Shown here: positions 20,701 to 29,652 of the stretch, piece by piece
Layout of the letters: each line of letters starts with the position of its first letter
Numbering within the stretch: position 1 is the stretch's first letter
NCBI GenBank assembly: GCA_018646985.1
Contig: JABGTR010000004.1
Span: forward strand, 2,946-66,945
Origin: Minisyncoccota bacterium
Lineage (GTDB): Bacteria; Patescibacteriota; Microgenomatia; UBA1400; PJMF01
DNA: 64,000 nucleotides
Reading direction: 5' to 3'
Program-made: the position numbers and the translations under genes
The notes under the pieces: generated by a model
What the model was told of the DNA's origin: nothing
Databases searched by the model: none
What the model saw: the letters and a program-made list of their open reading frames with translations, nothing else

Positions 20701-21454
20701 ACTCATCTTCACTGAGAATGGTACCTTTTTTAATCTTCTTGACCATTTTCTTAATGGTGGCATAGATTTCAGCAGTTTGATCTAGCTGCTCATCAAGTTG
20801 AGATTTAAGGTTTGCAATTTGTTGCTTGGCTTTAATTTCAGCTTCTTCAATTTTTAATTCTAGAGTTTCTTTATTAGAAACTTTTTCAGACAACTTTTTC
20901 TTTTCTTCTTTTAATAATTCTTGTGTCTCGACAATAGCCTGCTTAGCAATTTCTTTAAGTTCATTTTGAGATTCAGATAAAGTAATTTCTAGTTGTTCTA
21001 GATTTTCAGTTTTATGCTGTTCATCTACTTCCAATACGACATACTGAGCAAAATAGATAATAGAAGCTAAGCTTTTGGGTGAGATGTCTAGTAATAGAGA
21101 CAGCTTAGAAGGAGCTCCTTTAAAATACCAAATGTGAGCTATTGGAGCTGCTAAACTAATATGACCCATTCTTTCTCTTCTGACTCTAGAGTGAGTGACT
21201 TCGACTCCACACTTATCACAAACAATTCCCTTATATCTAGCTCTCTTGTACTTACCACAATAACATTCGTAGTCTTTGATTGGACCAAAAATCTTTTCAT
21301 CAAAGAGGCCATCTTTTTCTGCTTTTAGAGATCTATAGTTAATTGTCTCTGGTTTCTTAATCTCTCCATGTGACCAAGATAAAATCTTATCAGGGCTAGC
21401 AATTTTAATTTCTAAGGCAGAGAAGTCAACCACGTTTTGTAATGAATCTTGCAT
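17753..21454 (-). CDS. rpoC: RNA polymerase beta' subunit
   Basis: YNADFDGDQMAVH catalytic motif, N-terminal zinc finger, GKRVDYSGRSVI. Confidence 0.99.
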   Translation of the reverse strand: MQDSLQNVVDFSALEIKIASPDKILSWSHGEIKKPETINYRSLKAEKDGLFDEKIFGPIKDYECYCGKYKRARYKGIVCDKCGVEVTHSRVRRERMGHISLAAPIAHIWYFKGAPSKLSLLLDISPKSLASIIYFAQYVVLEVDEQHKTENLEQLEITLSESQNELKEIAKQAIVETQELLKEEKKKLSEKVSNKETLELKIEEAEIKAKQQIANLKSQLDEQLDQTAEIYATIKKMVKKIKKGTILSEDEYIKLIDYDADGHIRVGMGAESILELVKELDLDSLVVYLREEITNSKGARKVKMIKRLRVVEGLRKAEIDPSWMFLTTLPVIPPDLRPMVQLSGGRFATSDLNDLYRRVINRNNRLKHLIDLGAPDIILRNEKRMLQEAVDSLIDQSNTKRRRQRELKSLSDMLKGKQGRFRRNLLGKRVDYSGRSVIVVGPELKLNQCGLPKDMALEMFKPHVLRELILNGIAPNVKSARHLIDRREPEVYDILEKVTENHPVILNRAPTLHKLGMQSFYPILVEGKAIRLHPCVCSGYNADFDGDQMAVHVPLTKQAQQEQVDLLMSTQNLLKPANSEPVTMPNKEMAMGVYYQTILNEDLPEYPSIFTDIDEAFHAHQIGLIDLHQAVKVRLVSNKETKIVRTTVGRIQFNLLLGDGTDYINEAVTAKKIKALVTLAIETQPRDEVTKLIDNIKDLGFDAATLSGISVSVVDCEMIDEKDQIIDRANKQVEKIQDSYQEGLVTNEERKKLNNQVWMDTTEEVADKTWDSYSKDNAVKVIIDSGGTRASRDQVKQLAAMRGLVVDPLGNIVEMPTKSNFRQGLSIFEYVTSARGSRKGLTDSALKTADAGYLTRRLVDVSHDVIIRQDDCGTTNGVEIIREGERSNSFADRILGRVSLQDIKVDSKVVVKVGEVITPDLTEKIAADEKITIIKVRSPLTCEAVQGMCAHCYGWDFSTRKIVEIGVPVGVAAAQSIGEPGTQLTMRVKHSGGIVGLDVTQGLPRVEEIFESRNPKSKALISELTGKVKIDEGDKEIEITITTTTSPKEEVSYKVSLNTALIVDDGDLIAAGESLTAGSVNLSELLLVRGLLHTQQYIVDSVQYVYESQGITIHDKHFEVIARKMGDKVKIEKSGDTEFLTGEVIERSQLIQGNDDIMAAGGEPASAKVMLLGITRSALYTHSWLSAASFQHTKSVLTNASSKGAIDYLDGLKENVIIGRLIPTTPERAQIEV

Positions 21455-21459
21455 ATATT

Positions 21460-24400
21460 TTACTCCTGCTCCTTAGTGTCTGTATTTAATTTTTCTTCTG
21501 TAGACTCAACAGCTTCCACCTCTTCTTTCACATCAGCTGTGTCATCTGCGACAGCATCATCAGTTGTGTCATCAGTAGCAGCGGTATCATCATCGTCAGT
21601 GGTTGTGTCATCGGTTGCAACTGCATCATCAGTTGTAGCTTCAGCACTTGGCTTTACTTCTTCTATCTGCTCTTCAACTTCATGGGGAATAACATCTAGC
21701 CCAAGTGAGTTCAACTCTCTGACTAAAACCTTGAATGATTCTGGAACTGTTGGTGCAGGAATTTCTTCACCCTTAACCATAGCTTCAAAAGCTCTACCTC
21801 TACCTTTAACGTCATCTGATTTGATAGTTAGCATTTCCTGAAGTGTATGAGCGGCTCGATGAGCTTCTAATGCCCAAACTTCCATTTCTCCCATTCTCTG
21901 ACCACCCATTTGAGCTTTTCCACCCAAAGGCTGTTGAGTTACTAGAGAGTATGGTCCAGTAGAACGAGCATGAACTTTATCTTCTACCATATGAGCTAAT
22001 TTTAGAATGTAACCAATACCAACTACAGTTGATTCTCTAAACTTTTCACCAGTTCGGCCATCAAGGAGCTGTGTTTTACCAGATCTAGGTAGACCGGCTT
22101 CTTCTAAAGAATCCCAAATTTTACCTTCATCAATTTGCTCAAACGGAGGAATAGCCACATTATAGCCTAGATTTTTTGCTGCCCAAGCCAAGTTGGCCTC
22201 TAACAATTGACCTAAATTCATACGAGCTAAAACTGAAAGTGGAGAAATAATAATATCGATCGGAGTACCATCTTCCAAATGAGGCATATCTGCCTGTGGC
22301 ACAATCTTAGAAATGACCCCTTTATTACCATGACGACCGGCTAACTTATCACCCACCGTAATCTTACGAGTCTCAGCTACCCTGACGGTAACTTCCTTAA
22401 GAGTTCCTGGATCAAGCTCATCGCCTTTTTCGCGATCTAAAACTTGAACATCAATGACTGTCCCAGTAGTACCATGAGGCAAACGAAGTGAAGTGTTTCT
22501 AACTTCTCTGGATTTTTCACCAAAGATAGCTCTGAGTAATCTTTCCTCTGGAGAAAGCTCTGTTTCTCCCTTAGGAGCAATCTTACCAACCAAAATGTCT
22601 CCAGAAGCAACTACGCTTCCATTTCTCACAATACCATCTTCAGTTAAGTTAGATAAATATGATTCTGAAACATTAGGGATATCATTAGTCAGCTCTTCAG
22701 ACCCAAGCTTGGTGTCCATTACTCTAGATCGGTATTCGCTAATATGAACAGATGTCAATGAATCATCTTTTACTAATCTATCAGAGATAACGATAGCATC
22801 TTCATAGCCTAAGCCCTCAAAAGAACTATAAGCAATCAATAAATTAGAACCTAAAGCCAACTCTCCATTATCTGAAGATGGGCCATCGATAATTACATCA
22901 CCTTTTTTAATCTTATCGCCAACTTTAACAATTGCTCGTTGAGAGTAAGAAGTGCTTTGAGCAGTTCTTTTAAAAGTAGTCAATTTATAAATGTCTTTAC
23001 CTTTTTCAAAAGAAACCTCTTCAACGTGACGATAATCTTCTTTATTAACTTTTTTGAGTTCTTTTCCATCAATTTTAATCGTTACTTTATTGCCATCAAC
23101 ATACTCAACTTCACCACCATGCCAAGCTTTAACAGTTCTGCCCATAGCACAAGCCACCACACCTTCCATACCTGTTCCCACTATCGGAGCATCAGTTCTA
23201 ATTAAAGGCACAGCTTGACATTGCATATGAGTACCCATTAAGGCACGATTGGCTTCATCATGGTCGATAAATGGAATTAACGAAGCAGAAGTACCGATCA
23301 CCTGAGATGGAATAACATCGATGTACTCAACTTCTTCGACTGAGCCTTCAATGAAATTATTCATGTAACGGATTGGAACCCAATCGTCAGTAATATATCC
23401 ATTGTCATCGATATCCACTCCAGCATGAGTGATTTTGTGATCTTCTTCATCAGCAGCATTCATGTAAACAATCTCATCTGTCACCTTCATCTTACCCTTA
23501 CGATTTTCCACTCTTAAATAAGGAGCTTCTAGAAAGCCAAACTTATTCACATGAGCAAAAAGAGCTAAATAAGTTACTAGACCAATGTTTGGTCCTTCTG
23601 GAGAACGAACTGGGTCAATTCTAGAGTATTGAGAAGCATTGATGTCACGCATTGAGAAGGAAGCTCTCTCTCTGGTTACTCCACCACTACCCATAACTGA
23701 TAAACGACGTAGATTATCAATTTCAGCCAAAGGATTAGTTTGATCTAAAATAGTTGAAAGACGATTCCTGCGGAAGAATTCTGAGATGGTGGCAATTAAA
23801 GGTCTAGCATTTACCAAAGCAGCTGGAGTTAAAACTTCATCAGTTTTAGTCAATGACATTTTTTCTCTAATTGAACGCTCTAAACGGATTAAACCAATTC
23901 GGACAGCACTACCCTGAACCAACTCACCAACTCGTCTTAAACGGCGATTGCTAAGATGGTCAATATCATCAACTTTACCTTTTCCATTTTGCAAACCAAT
24001 TAAATATTTAATACTAGAAATAACATCTTCTTTAGTTAAAACAGTTACGTGATCTTTAATATCTAGTTTTAAGCGACTATTGAGCTTATAACGACCTACT
24101 TCGCCCAAATCATATCGGCGAGCATCAAAAAACAATTGGAATAAATAGTCTCGAGCAGTATTTAAAACGGCTGGCTCACCAGGACGCATTTTTTCATATA
24201 ACTCAATCAAGGCTTCTTCTTCTGTTTTAGTACTATCTTTAGCAATCGTGTTCACTAGCAAATCGTGCTCATCAAAACCAATCTCATCAGCAAACAGCTC
24301 CATTAATTCTTCGTCAGAGCCATAGCCCATTGCTCTCAATAAAACAGTAGCTGGCATCTTACGACGACGATCAATTTTGACTGATAAAACTTGACGTTTA

Positions 24401-24915
24401 CCCACCCCAATTTCTAGCCAAGAGCCACGTAATGGGCGTAATTCAGCTTTATATAGAAGTTGAGCACCATCTTTATCACTGGAGAAAAAAGCTCCTGGAG
24501 AACGAACTAACTGAGTAACAACTGCGCGCTCAATACCATTCACAATGAAAGTACCTACGTTAGTCATCTTAGGCATATCAGCCAAGAAAACCTCTTGAGT
24601 TTGTGTAGCACCAGTTCTCTGATTAGTTAGGGAAGCCTCTACATAAAGAGGGAAGTCGTAAGTAACAGCCTTGCTTTTAGCTTCAGCTGGGGTGTGCTTG
24701 AGCTCACCTAATCTATAGTTACCAAATTTTAAAATCCAATTTTTACCAGTAAAGTCTTTAATACCCTCACCATCTTGGCCATTTATCTCATCAAGGGATT
24801 CTCTTATTCCGGAATCTAAAAACTGCTGATAGCTATCTCGCTGCAACTCAATTAAATCGAGTTTAGGAAATACTTTGCGTTCTTTTCCCCATTTGATTCG
24901 TGGCTTACGTGACAT
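21460..24915 (-). CDS. rpoB: RNA polymerase beta subunit with acidic C-terminal tail
   Basis: GDKLAGRHGNKGV, HARSTGPYSLVTQQPLGG, PEGPNIGL. Confidence 0.99.
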   Translation of the reverse strand: MSRKPRIKWGKERKVFPKLDLIELQRDSYQQFLDSGIRESLDEINGQDGEGIKDFTGKNWILKFGNYRLGELKHTPAEAKSKAVTYDFPLYVEASLTNQRTGATQTQEVFLADMPKMTNVGTFIVNGIERAVVTQLVRSPGAFFSSDKDGAQLLYKAELRPLRGSWLEIGVGKRQVLSVKIDRRRKMPATVLLRAMGYGSDEELMELFADEIGFDEHDLLVNTIAKDSTKTEEEALIELYEKMRPGEPAVLNTARDYLFQLFFDARRYDLGEVGRYKLNSRLKLDIKDHVTVLTKEDVISSIKYLIGLQNGKGKVDDIDHLSNRRLRRVGELVQGSAVRIGLIRLERSIREKMSLTKTDEVLTPAALVNARPLIATISEFFRRNRLSTILDQTNPLAEIDNLRRLSVMGSGGVTRERASFSMRDINASQYSRIDPVRSPEGPNIGLVTYLALFAHVNKFGFLEAPYLRVENRKGKMKVTDEIVYMNAADEEDHKITHAGVDIDDNGYITDDWVPIRYMNNFIEGSVEEVEYIDVIPSQVIGTSASLIPFIDHDEANRALMGTHMQCQAVPLIRTDAPIVGTGMEGVVACAMGRTVKAWHGGEVEYVDGNKVTIKIDGKELKKVNKEDYRHVEEVSFEKGKDIYKLTTFKRTAQSTSYSQRAIVKVGDKIKKGDVIIDGPSSDNGELALGSNLLIAYSSFEGLGYEDAIVISDRLVKDDSLTSVHISEYRSRVMDTKLGSEELTNDIPNVSESYLSNLTEDGIVRNGSVVASGDILVGKIAPKGETELSPEERLLRAIFGEKSREVRNTSLRLPHGTTGTVIDVQVLDREKGDELDPGTLKEVTVRVAETRKITVGDKLAGRHGNKGVISKIVPQADMPHLEDGTPIDIIISPLSVLARMNLGQLLEANLAWAAKNLGYNVAIPPFEQIDEGKIWDSLEEAGLPRSGKTQLLDGRTGEKFRESTVVGIGYILKLAHMVEDKVHARSTGPYSLVTQQPLGGKAQMGGQRMGEMEVWALEAHRAAHTLQEMLTIKSDDVKGRGRAFEAMVKGEEIPAPTVPESFKVLVRELNSLGLDVIPHEVEEQIEEVKPSAEATTDDAVATDDTTTDDDDTAATDDTTDDAVADDTADVKEEVEAVESTEEKLNTDTKEQE
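21530..21645 (-). repeat. low-complexity Asp/Thr/Ala repeat in the rpoB 3' end
   Basis: Peptide ATTDDAVATDDTTTDDDDTAATDDTTDDAVADDTAD; the DNA unit gcatcatcagttgt occurs twice. Confidence 0.8.
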
Positions 24916-24992
24916 TAAGACTCCTGACTATTTTTATTTTCAGTTACTTACTAAAGTTGTTTCAGTTTCCATTTATTAACAAACAACAACGC

Positions 24993-25021
24993 AAAAAGAG
25001 ACCACTTGATCAGTGCTCTCT
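24993..25021 (-). terminator. terminator-like hairpin in the rpoB leader (possible attenuator)
   Basis: AGAGAgCACT-GATCA-AGTGgTCTCT followed by TTTT. Confidence 0.55.
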
Positions 25022-25105
25022 AAATTACGAATGAGCTTATTTTTATATAGTTGATAAACAAAAGAATCCCGAGTATATGTTTATTTTCCTTAAGGAAACT
25101 GAGTG

Positions 25106-25114
25106 ATTATATCA
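25106..25114 (-). promoter_or_regulatory. extended -10 promoter for rpoBC
   Basis: TGATATAAT just after the mltG stop, about 190 nt before rpoB. Confidence 0.6.
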
Positions 25115-25125
25115 ATAATAACAAA

Positions 25126-26103
25126 TCATCGCAAGTAGCGTTGAACGTTTGAGTTATGTTCTTCCAAATTCTTACCATAGTGTATCCCACCATCCCCGCC
25201 ATGTAAATAGAAAAAATTAGCTGTATCTAGAGGATTGAGGGCAGCTTTAATTGCATCTAGCCCAGGATTACATATTGGCTGAGGTGGCAAACCGTAATTG
25301 AGGTAGGTATTAAAGGGTGAATCAAGCTTTTTATCAAAACTAGTGGGTGGCTCCCACCAAGATTGAGCTTGCTTATCATAGCCTTTGACATACTGGAGTG
25401 TCGCATCAGCTTGGAGAGCCATATCAATATCGTATCTGTTCCATAAAATTCCAGCTACATGACGCATCTCTTCATAGCCTCTGGCTTCTCTCTCTACTAT
25501 TGAAGCCATAACTAAAGCATCATCAAAGCTTCGCTCTGATTTCTTGATCTCATCCTCTAATCCAACGGTGACTTTTTTCTCAAAGTTATTTTGAATGACC
25601 TGATGAACTTTGGTGGCAGTAGACTCTTTCGCGAAAAGATAAGTGTCTGGAAAAGTTTGTCCCTCCTGGCCCAATGCTAAACTCATAAATTCATCACTAT
25701 CAACCATGCTTAATCCATACTCTGCAAAACTAGCCGCAACTTGCTCAAGACGCCAGCCCTCAAGAATAGTCACCCAAACGTCATCAGTACCTTGGGTAAG
25801 CTTGAGAGCAATTTCAGCTGGAGTCATGGACGAAGAAACTTCGAATGAACCAGATTGAAGCTTGGATTCAAGACCTTGTTGTTTAACTACCAAACGGAAA
25901 ATGATTGAACTTTTAATTAGACCCTTTTCCTTTAATCTAGAAGCAATGATGCTGACTGCCTGACCACGGGGAATCACAAATTGGGTTTTAGCTGTGGTAT
26001 CTGTAGTCATGGGCTGAGAAAAAAGATAAAAATAGCCAACAAAACCCAAAACTAAAACAAAAATCATAGCTGTAATTGTGGCGAGAAGTTTTTTAAAAGG
26101 CAT
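25126..26103 (-). CDS. mltG: endolytic transglycosylase MltG (YceG family)
   Basis: N-terminal TM, EGQTFPDTY, MASIVEREA, LQADAT, SPFNTYLNYGLPPQPICNPG. Confidence 0.95.
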   Translation of the reverse strand: MPFKKLLATITAMIFVLVLGFVGYFYLFSQPMTTDTTAKTQFVIPRGQAVSIIASRLKEKGLIKSSIIFRLVVKQQGLESKLQSGSFEVSSSMTPAEIALKLTQGTDDVWVTILEGWRLEQVAASFAEYGLSMVDSDEFMSLALGQEGQTFPDTYLFAKESTATKVHQVIQNNFEKKVTVGLEDEIKKSERSFDDALVMASIVEREARGYEEMRHVAGILWNRYDIDMALQADATLQYVKGYDKQAQSWWEPPTSFDKKLDSPFNTYLNYGLPPQPICNPGLDAIKAALNPLDTANFFYLHGGDGGIHYGKNLEEHNSNVQRYLR

Positions 26104-26118
26104 GAAAAAAGTATAGCA

Positions 26119-26502
26119 CTATAGATTCTCATCCATCCACTCTCGTAGGAACTCTGCTGCTGCATAGTGATCAATGGGACCCTGTCGTTTCTTGAGTTTC
26201 ATATGTGAAGTAGCCAGTTTTTGATGAATATTTTTAGAACTGAGAGTTTCGTCAGCAAACTCTATGGGGAGAGCAGTTGTTTTCTTTAATTCTTTAGTAA
26301 ATTCTTTGATTTTTTTGGCCATCTCATTTTCTGACATCCCCACTAAAATCAAATCTATCTCTTCTCGCTCTAAAACTTGCTTGAGCTTCTCAAACATTAG
26401 CTCATTATTGTCAATAATTTTCAATGGCTCTGCCAAACTATGTCTGCTCACAGCTAAACCAATTCGCTTGGTTCCAAAATCAATGGCTAATATTTTTTTC
26501 AT
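26119..26502 (-). CDS. ruvX: YqgF/RuvX family pre-16S rRNA nuclease
   Basis: ILAIDFGTKRIGLAVS, ADETLSS, IDHYAAA. Confidence 0.92.
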   Translation of the reverse strand: MKKILAIDFGTKRIGLAVSRHSLAEPLKIIDNNELMFEKLKQVLEREEIDLILVGMSENEMAKKIKEFTKELKKTTALPIEFADETLSSKNIHQKLATSHMKLKKRQGPIDHYAAAEFLREWMDENL

Positions 26503-26505
26503 AAG

Positions 26506-27453
26506 CTAATTATTCACCAACTCTGCAGTTACTACTCCTCGACGTAGATAAGTTCCCTCTGGAACACAAGTTACCAGCTTAAGCTTCCGATCATCATATT
26601 GCTGAGCCAAAATATAAGTATCTTCAGGCTTAACATCAGTTTTATCTGTTACTCGATATTTGTATTTAGCTCCATCTTGAGTCAAGAAAATTTCAGCTCC
26701 TTTTTCTAAGGTCATAATATAACTAAAAATGGAGTTATAGCGACGAGGATTCTTTTCACTGGGATTATAAAACTGTCGCAAAACTGAGTGCCCAAATATA
26801 ACTGGAGATCCTAACTCTCCTGGGAAAGCTGTTCCTGGATAAGCAATTAAGCTTTCATCTAAATTCATCCCACCAATTTGAACATGAGCATCTTCTATCT
26901 CCAGCTCAGGAATACTTAATACATACATAGTGTTGTTTTGAATCTTTCTCAAGGCATCGCTTCTGCCGTCATTAAACCAGTTGGTTAAGTTCGTGTAATC
27001 TAGCTCAGTGTCCAAAATAACCGGACCAGTTGTTTTTGATTTAGAGCCTAGTACTGCCGAGCCATGCTCTACTTGAGATATAACTAGTGGTGTTACGTCC
27101 AGAACATCTTCTTTAGGGATAGGTGCTTTAAGCTGATTCTCACTTAAATTTGGTAAAGATGAAAAATAGTATTGAGCTAGTGGCGCGATTGCATTGCCCA
27201 ACAAAAATAATCCGACTCCAATAAAAACCATTGGCAAAACCAAGGCACCGTACCTAATTGTCTTGGGAAGACGATGTCTTATTTTAGAAACTCGCTCCCG
27301 CTCTTCTTTTTGCTCTACCTTTTGACTAACTGACACTTTGTCCAATTTTTTAGATATTTTTTTTTCGAGCTTATTTAAAGATAAATTTTTTTTTAAAGCC
27401 TGACGATATAAGTCTACTAACTTAGCTGAAGAAATTTGATTTATCTGCTTCAC
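26506..27453 (-). CDS. sortase family protein
   Basis: TM anchor, VIFGHS (His), LVTC (Cys), LRRGVV (Arg). GTGA overlap with the upstream gene. Confidence 0.88.
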   Translation of the reverse strand: MKQINQISSAKLVDLYRQALKKNLSLNKLEKKISKKLDKVSVSQKVEQKEERERVSKIRHRLPKTIRYGALVLPMVFIGVGLFLLGNAIAPLAQYYFSSLPNLSENQLKAPIPKEDVLDVTPLVISQVEHGSAVLGSKSKTTGPVILDTELDYTNLTNWFNDGRSDALRKIQNNTMYVLSIPELEIEDAHVQIGGMNLDESLIAYPGTAFPGELGSPVIFGHSVLRQFYNPSEKNPRRYNSIFSYIMTLEKGAEIFLTQDGAKYKYRVTDKTDVKPEDTYILAQQYDDRKLKLVTCVPEGTYLRRGVVTAELVNN

Positions 27454-29603
27454 TTTATTTCTACCTTAGAAAAATCTGTGGGGATGCGAGCATAAATTTT
27501 AGCAGCTATACTAGGGATTAAATCAATTTTTACCGATTTAACACCATCATCGGCTGTTAGAAATCTCTTGGCTTCATCAATACTCTTACCCAAGATAGAT
27601 TTTTTTAATTCTTCTAAATCTAGATCTGGCTTTGCTTCTGAGGTGATATTAACTAATAGTTGGACCTCTCCAGATACGGATGATTCTTGGTCTGGAGCAG
27701 ACATAATCTGCGGCTCACTGTTAGCTATAGTATATCCGTCAGGAACGTCATCCTCGAGTACACTTTGAGCTAAAGGCTTCAAATCTTCTGTTCTATAAGA
27801 TAGAGCTTGCACCGTTATTGATAAATCTAGAGTCAAAACTCCAATTTCATCAGCAATTTCAGCATCAAATTTTTGCTCATTGATTTTAGAAATATTTACC
27901 GAAGCAATGTACTCACCTTCATCTAGGCTCTTCTCTATTTCATCTTGAGCTTCTGCCAATAACTTTTTTCTTAAATCTTCAATCAACTGATCTCGATCAC
28001 TTGATGATACAACCCTAACTTCACGACTAGAACCACCGCTGAAAGCTTCTACCGTGGTTGCTGAGTAAGTGCCAGGATCAAAGCTAGCCACTTGCAGCTC
28101 AATCTCCTTCTCTATATTTGAATCTGCGCCAATGGCAGCCGCTGTTACTTTCACGTTGTTTTTACCATACTCTGTCTCTTTACCACTAGATGTTTCTTTT
28201 GTACTCGCCGAAGCCACTTCCACAATATCATCTAAAGTAAAAACTAGATCACCTTTGGAAATCTTTGTGCCTTTATCAAAAGATTTGACTGCTTCAGTTT
28301 TGTTGTAAAGAGTAATTTCTCCAATAGCTTGATCGCCAACAACTTTTACCCCAGTAGTCTCTTTAGTTTTCTTATCTGAAACTTTTTTATCGATCGTATC
28401 AGCTATTAAGACTAACTTGTTAGCATCAACACCATCTGATTCTGAACTGAGAGTGATTATAGTCTCCTTTGAGATTAACTCTGTCGCCAGCGACAGCCTA
28501 ACCACTGCCTTCACTCCTGAAGTCAACCATACTCCTGCTACAACCAACAAGGTCACTATGCCTGCAAAGAAACCACCAATAGCAAATGAGCGATGTTCTC
28601 TAAACCAATTATTAAATTTCATTTTTGTTTGTGAAGATTTTTCTATTTTTGAATCTGATAAGTTTACCTCATCTTGAGACTTAAGTTCAGGTTTAATTTT
28701 ATGATCAAGTTTATTTAAACTAACTGGCACTCCATAGCTAGTAGGCTCAACATTGGCAACTGTTGTCTCCTGGGAATCAATCTCTACCGCAATCTCGCTA
28801 GCCTCAACCATCTCTTTTTTTACTGGTTTTTCAGCAACCTTAGAAGCGATAGTTGGATTTTCAACCGAGTCACCTCCTCCTTGCTTAATAACTGCCTCTA
28901 AAATCATCTCTTTATCTAGTAAATCTACTGTTGGGGAATGAACAAAAGGATGTGAATTGACCCAATCATGACTAAGCAAAAGCTGTTGCTGATCTTTTAA
29001 TTCAGACTCATCCAAATCTAGAGATGAAAGAATTATCTTTGCCGGCAACTTAATCTCTTCTTCATGATGAGCGTTAAGTCTTGCCAAGGCTTCAGTCATA
29101 TCAGCCATAGTTTCACCAGAACGACCTACATACTGAGTGCTAGTTAGCTTCCCTTGAACAATTAGGCTTAAAAATAACTCATATTGGCTGAACTCAACCA
29201 AGAGTGCAGATAAACGAGGATCTCCAGCCACTAGTTGCTTGGATAAAGCTTCGGAGGTCATCACAAATCCAACTGCACTTAAATCTAATCCTTCCGTAAT
29301 CGACTTCAAGATTGGTTTTTTAATAGCTATCACTCCTTGATCATCTGCCCAAGTGCGTGGCAAGCCAAAAACAATATCATTGACTTTCTCCGATTGTTTG
29401 CCTAAATTTTGCAAAGCCTTATCCGCTTGAGTCACAGCTTGATCATCATCGCTATACTCATAAATTGTGGATTTACTTAAAACAGCAATTCCCTGATTAT
29501 CCTGCTGCCATAAAGCTGCTTGAAGATTAGAATCAGACAATAAAATTGTAATGTATAAAGAAGTAGCTGGTTGTTTGGTTTTGAAAACTGGCGGCAGACC
29601 CAT
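27450..29603 (-). CDS. single-pass membrane protein with FtsA/PilM-like N-terminus and baseplate J-like C-terminal region
   Basis: Start moved to the ATG at 29603. TM FAIGGFFAGIVTLLVVAGVWL; baseplate J-like AIGEITLYN..GT..FTLD..VKVTAAAIGADSN..FSGGS. Domain calls are by eye. Confidence 0.6.
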   Translation of the reverse strand: MGLPPVFKTKQPATSLYITILLSDSNLQAALWQQDNQGIAVLSKSTIYEYSDDDQAVTQADKALQNLGKQSEKVNDIVFGLPRTWADDQGVIAIKKPILKSITEGLDLSAVGFVMTSEALSKQLVAGDPRLSALLVEFSQYELFLSLIVQGKLTSTQYVGRSGETMADMTEALARLNAHHEEEIKLPAKIILSSLDLDESELKDQQQLLLSHDWVNSHPFVHSPTVDLLDKEMILEAVIKQGGGDSVENPTIASKVAEKPVKKEMVEASEIAVEIDSQETTVANVEPTSYGVPVSLNKLDHKIKPELKSQDEVNLSDSKIEKSSQTKMKFNNWFREHRSFAIGGFFAGIVTLLVVAGVWLTSGVKAVVRLSLATELISKETIITLSSESDGVDANKLVLIADTIDKKVSDKKTKETTGVKVVGDQAIGEITLYNKTEAVKSFDKGTKISKGDLVFTLDDIVEVASASTKETSSGKETEYGKNNVKVTAAAIGADSNIEKEIELQVASFDPGTYSATTVEAFSGGSSREVRVVSSSDRDQLIEDLRKKLLAEAQDEIEKSLDEGEYIASVNISKINEQKFDAEIADEIGVLTLDLSITVQALSYRTEDLKPLAQSVLEDDVPDGYTIANSEPQIMSAPDQESSVSGEVQLLVNITSEAKPDLDLEELKKSILGKSIDEAKRFLTADDGVKSVKIDLIPSIAAKIYARIPTDFSKVEIK

Positions 29604-29652
29604 ATTATTACTATACCTCAACTTAAACCCGAAGAGTACTATTCTATTTATT

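Noticed and set aside
21449-21841. 130-aa Ser/Val-rich plus-strand ORF
   Set aside because: It is the antisense of the rpoB acidic repeat tail.
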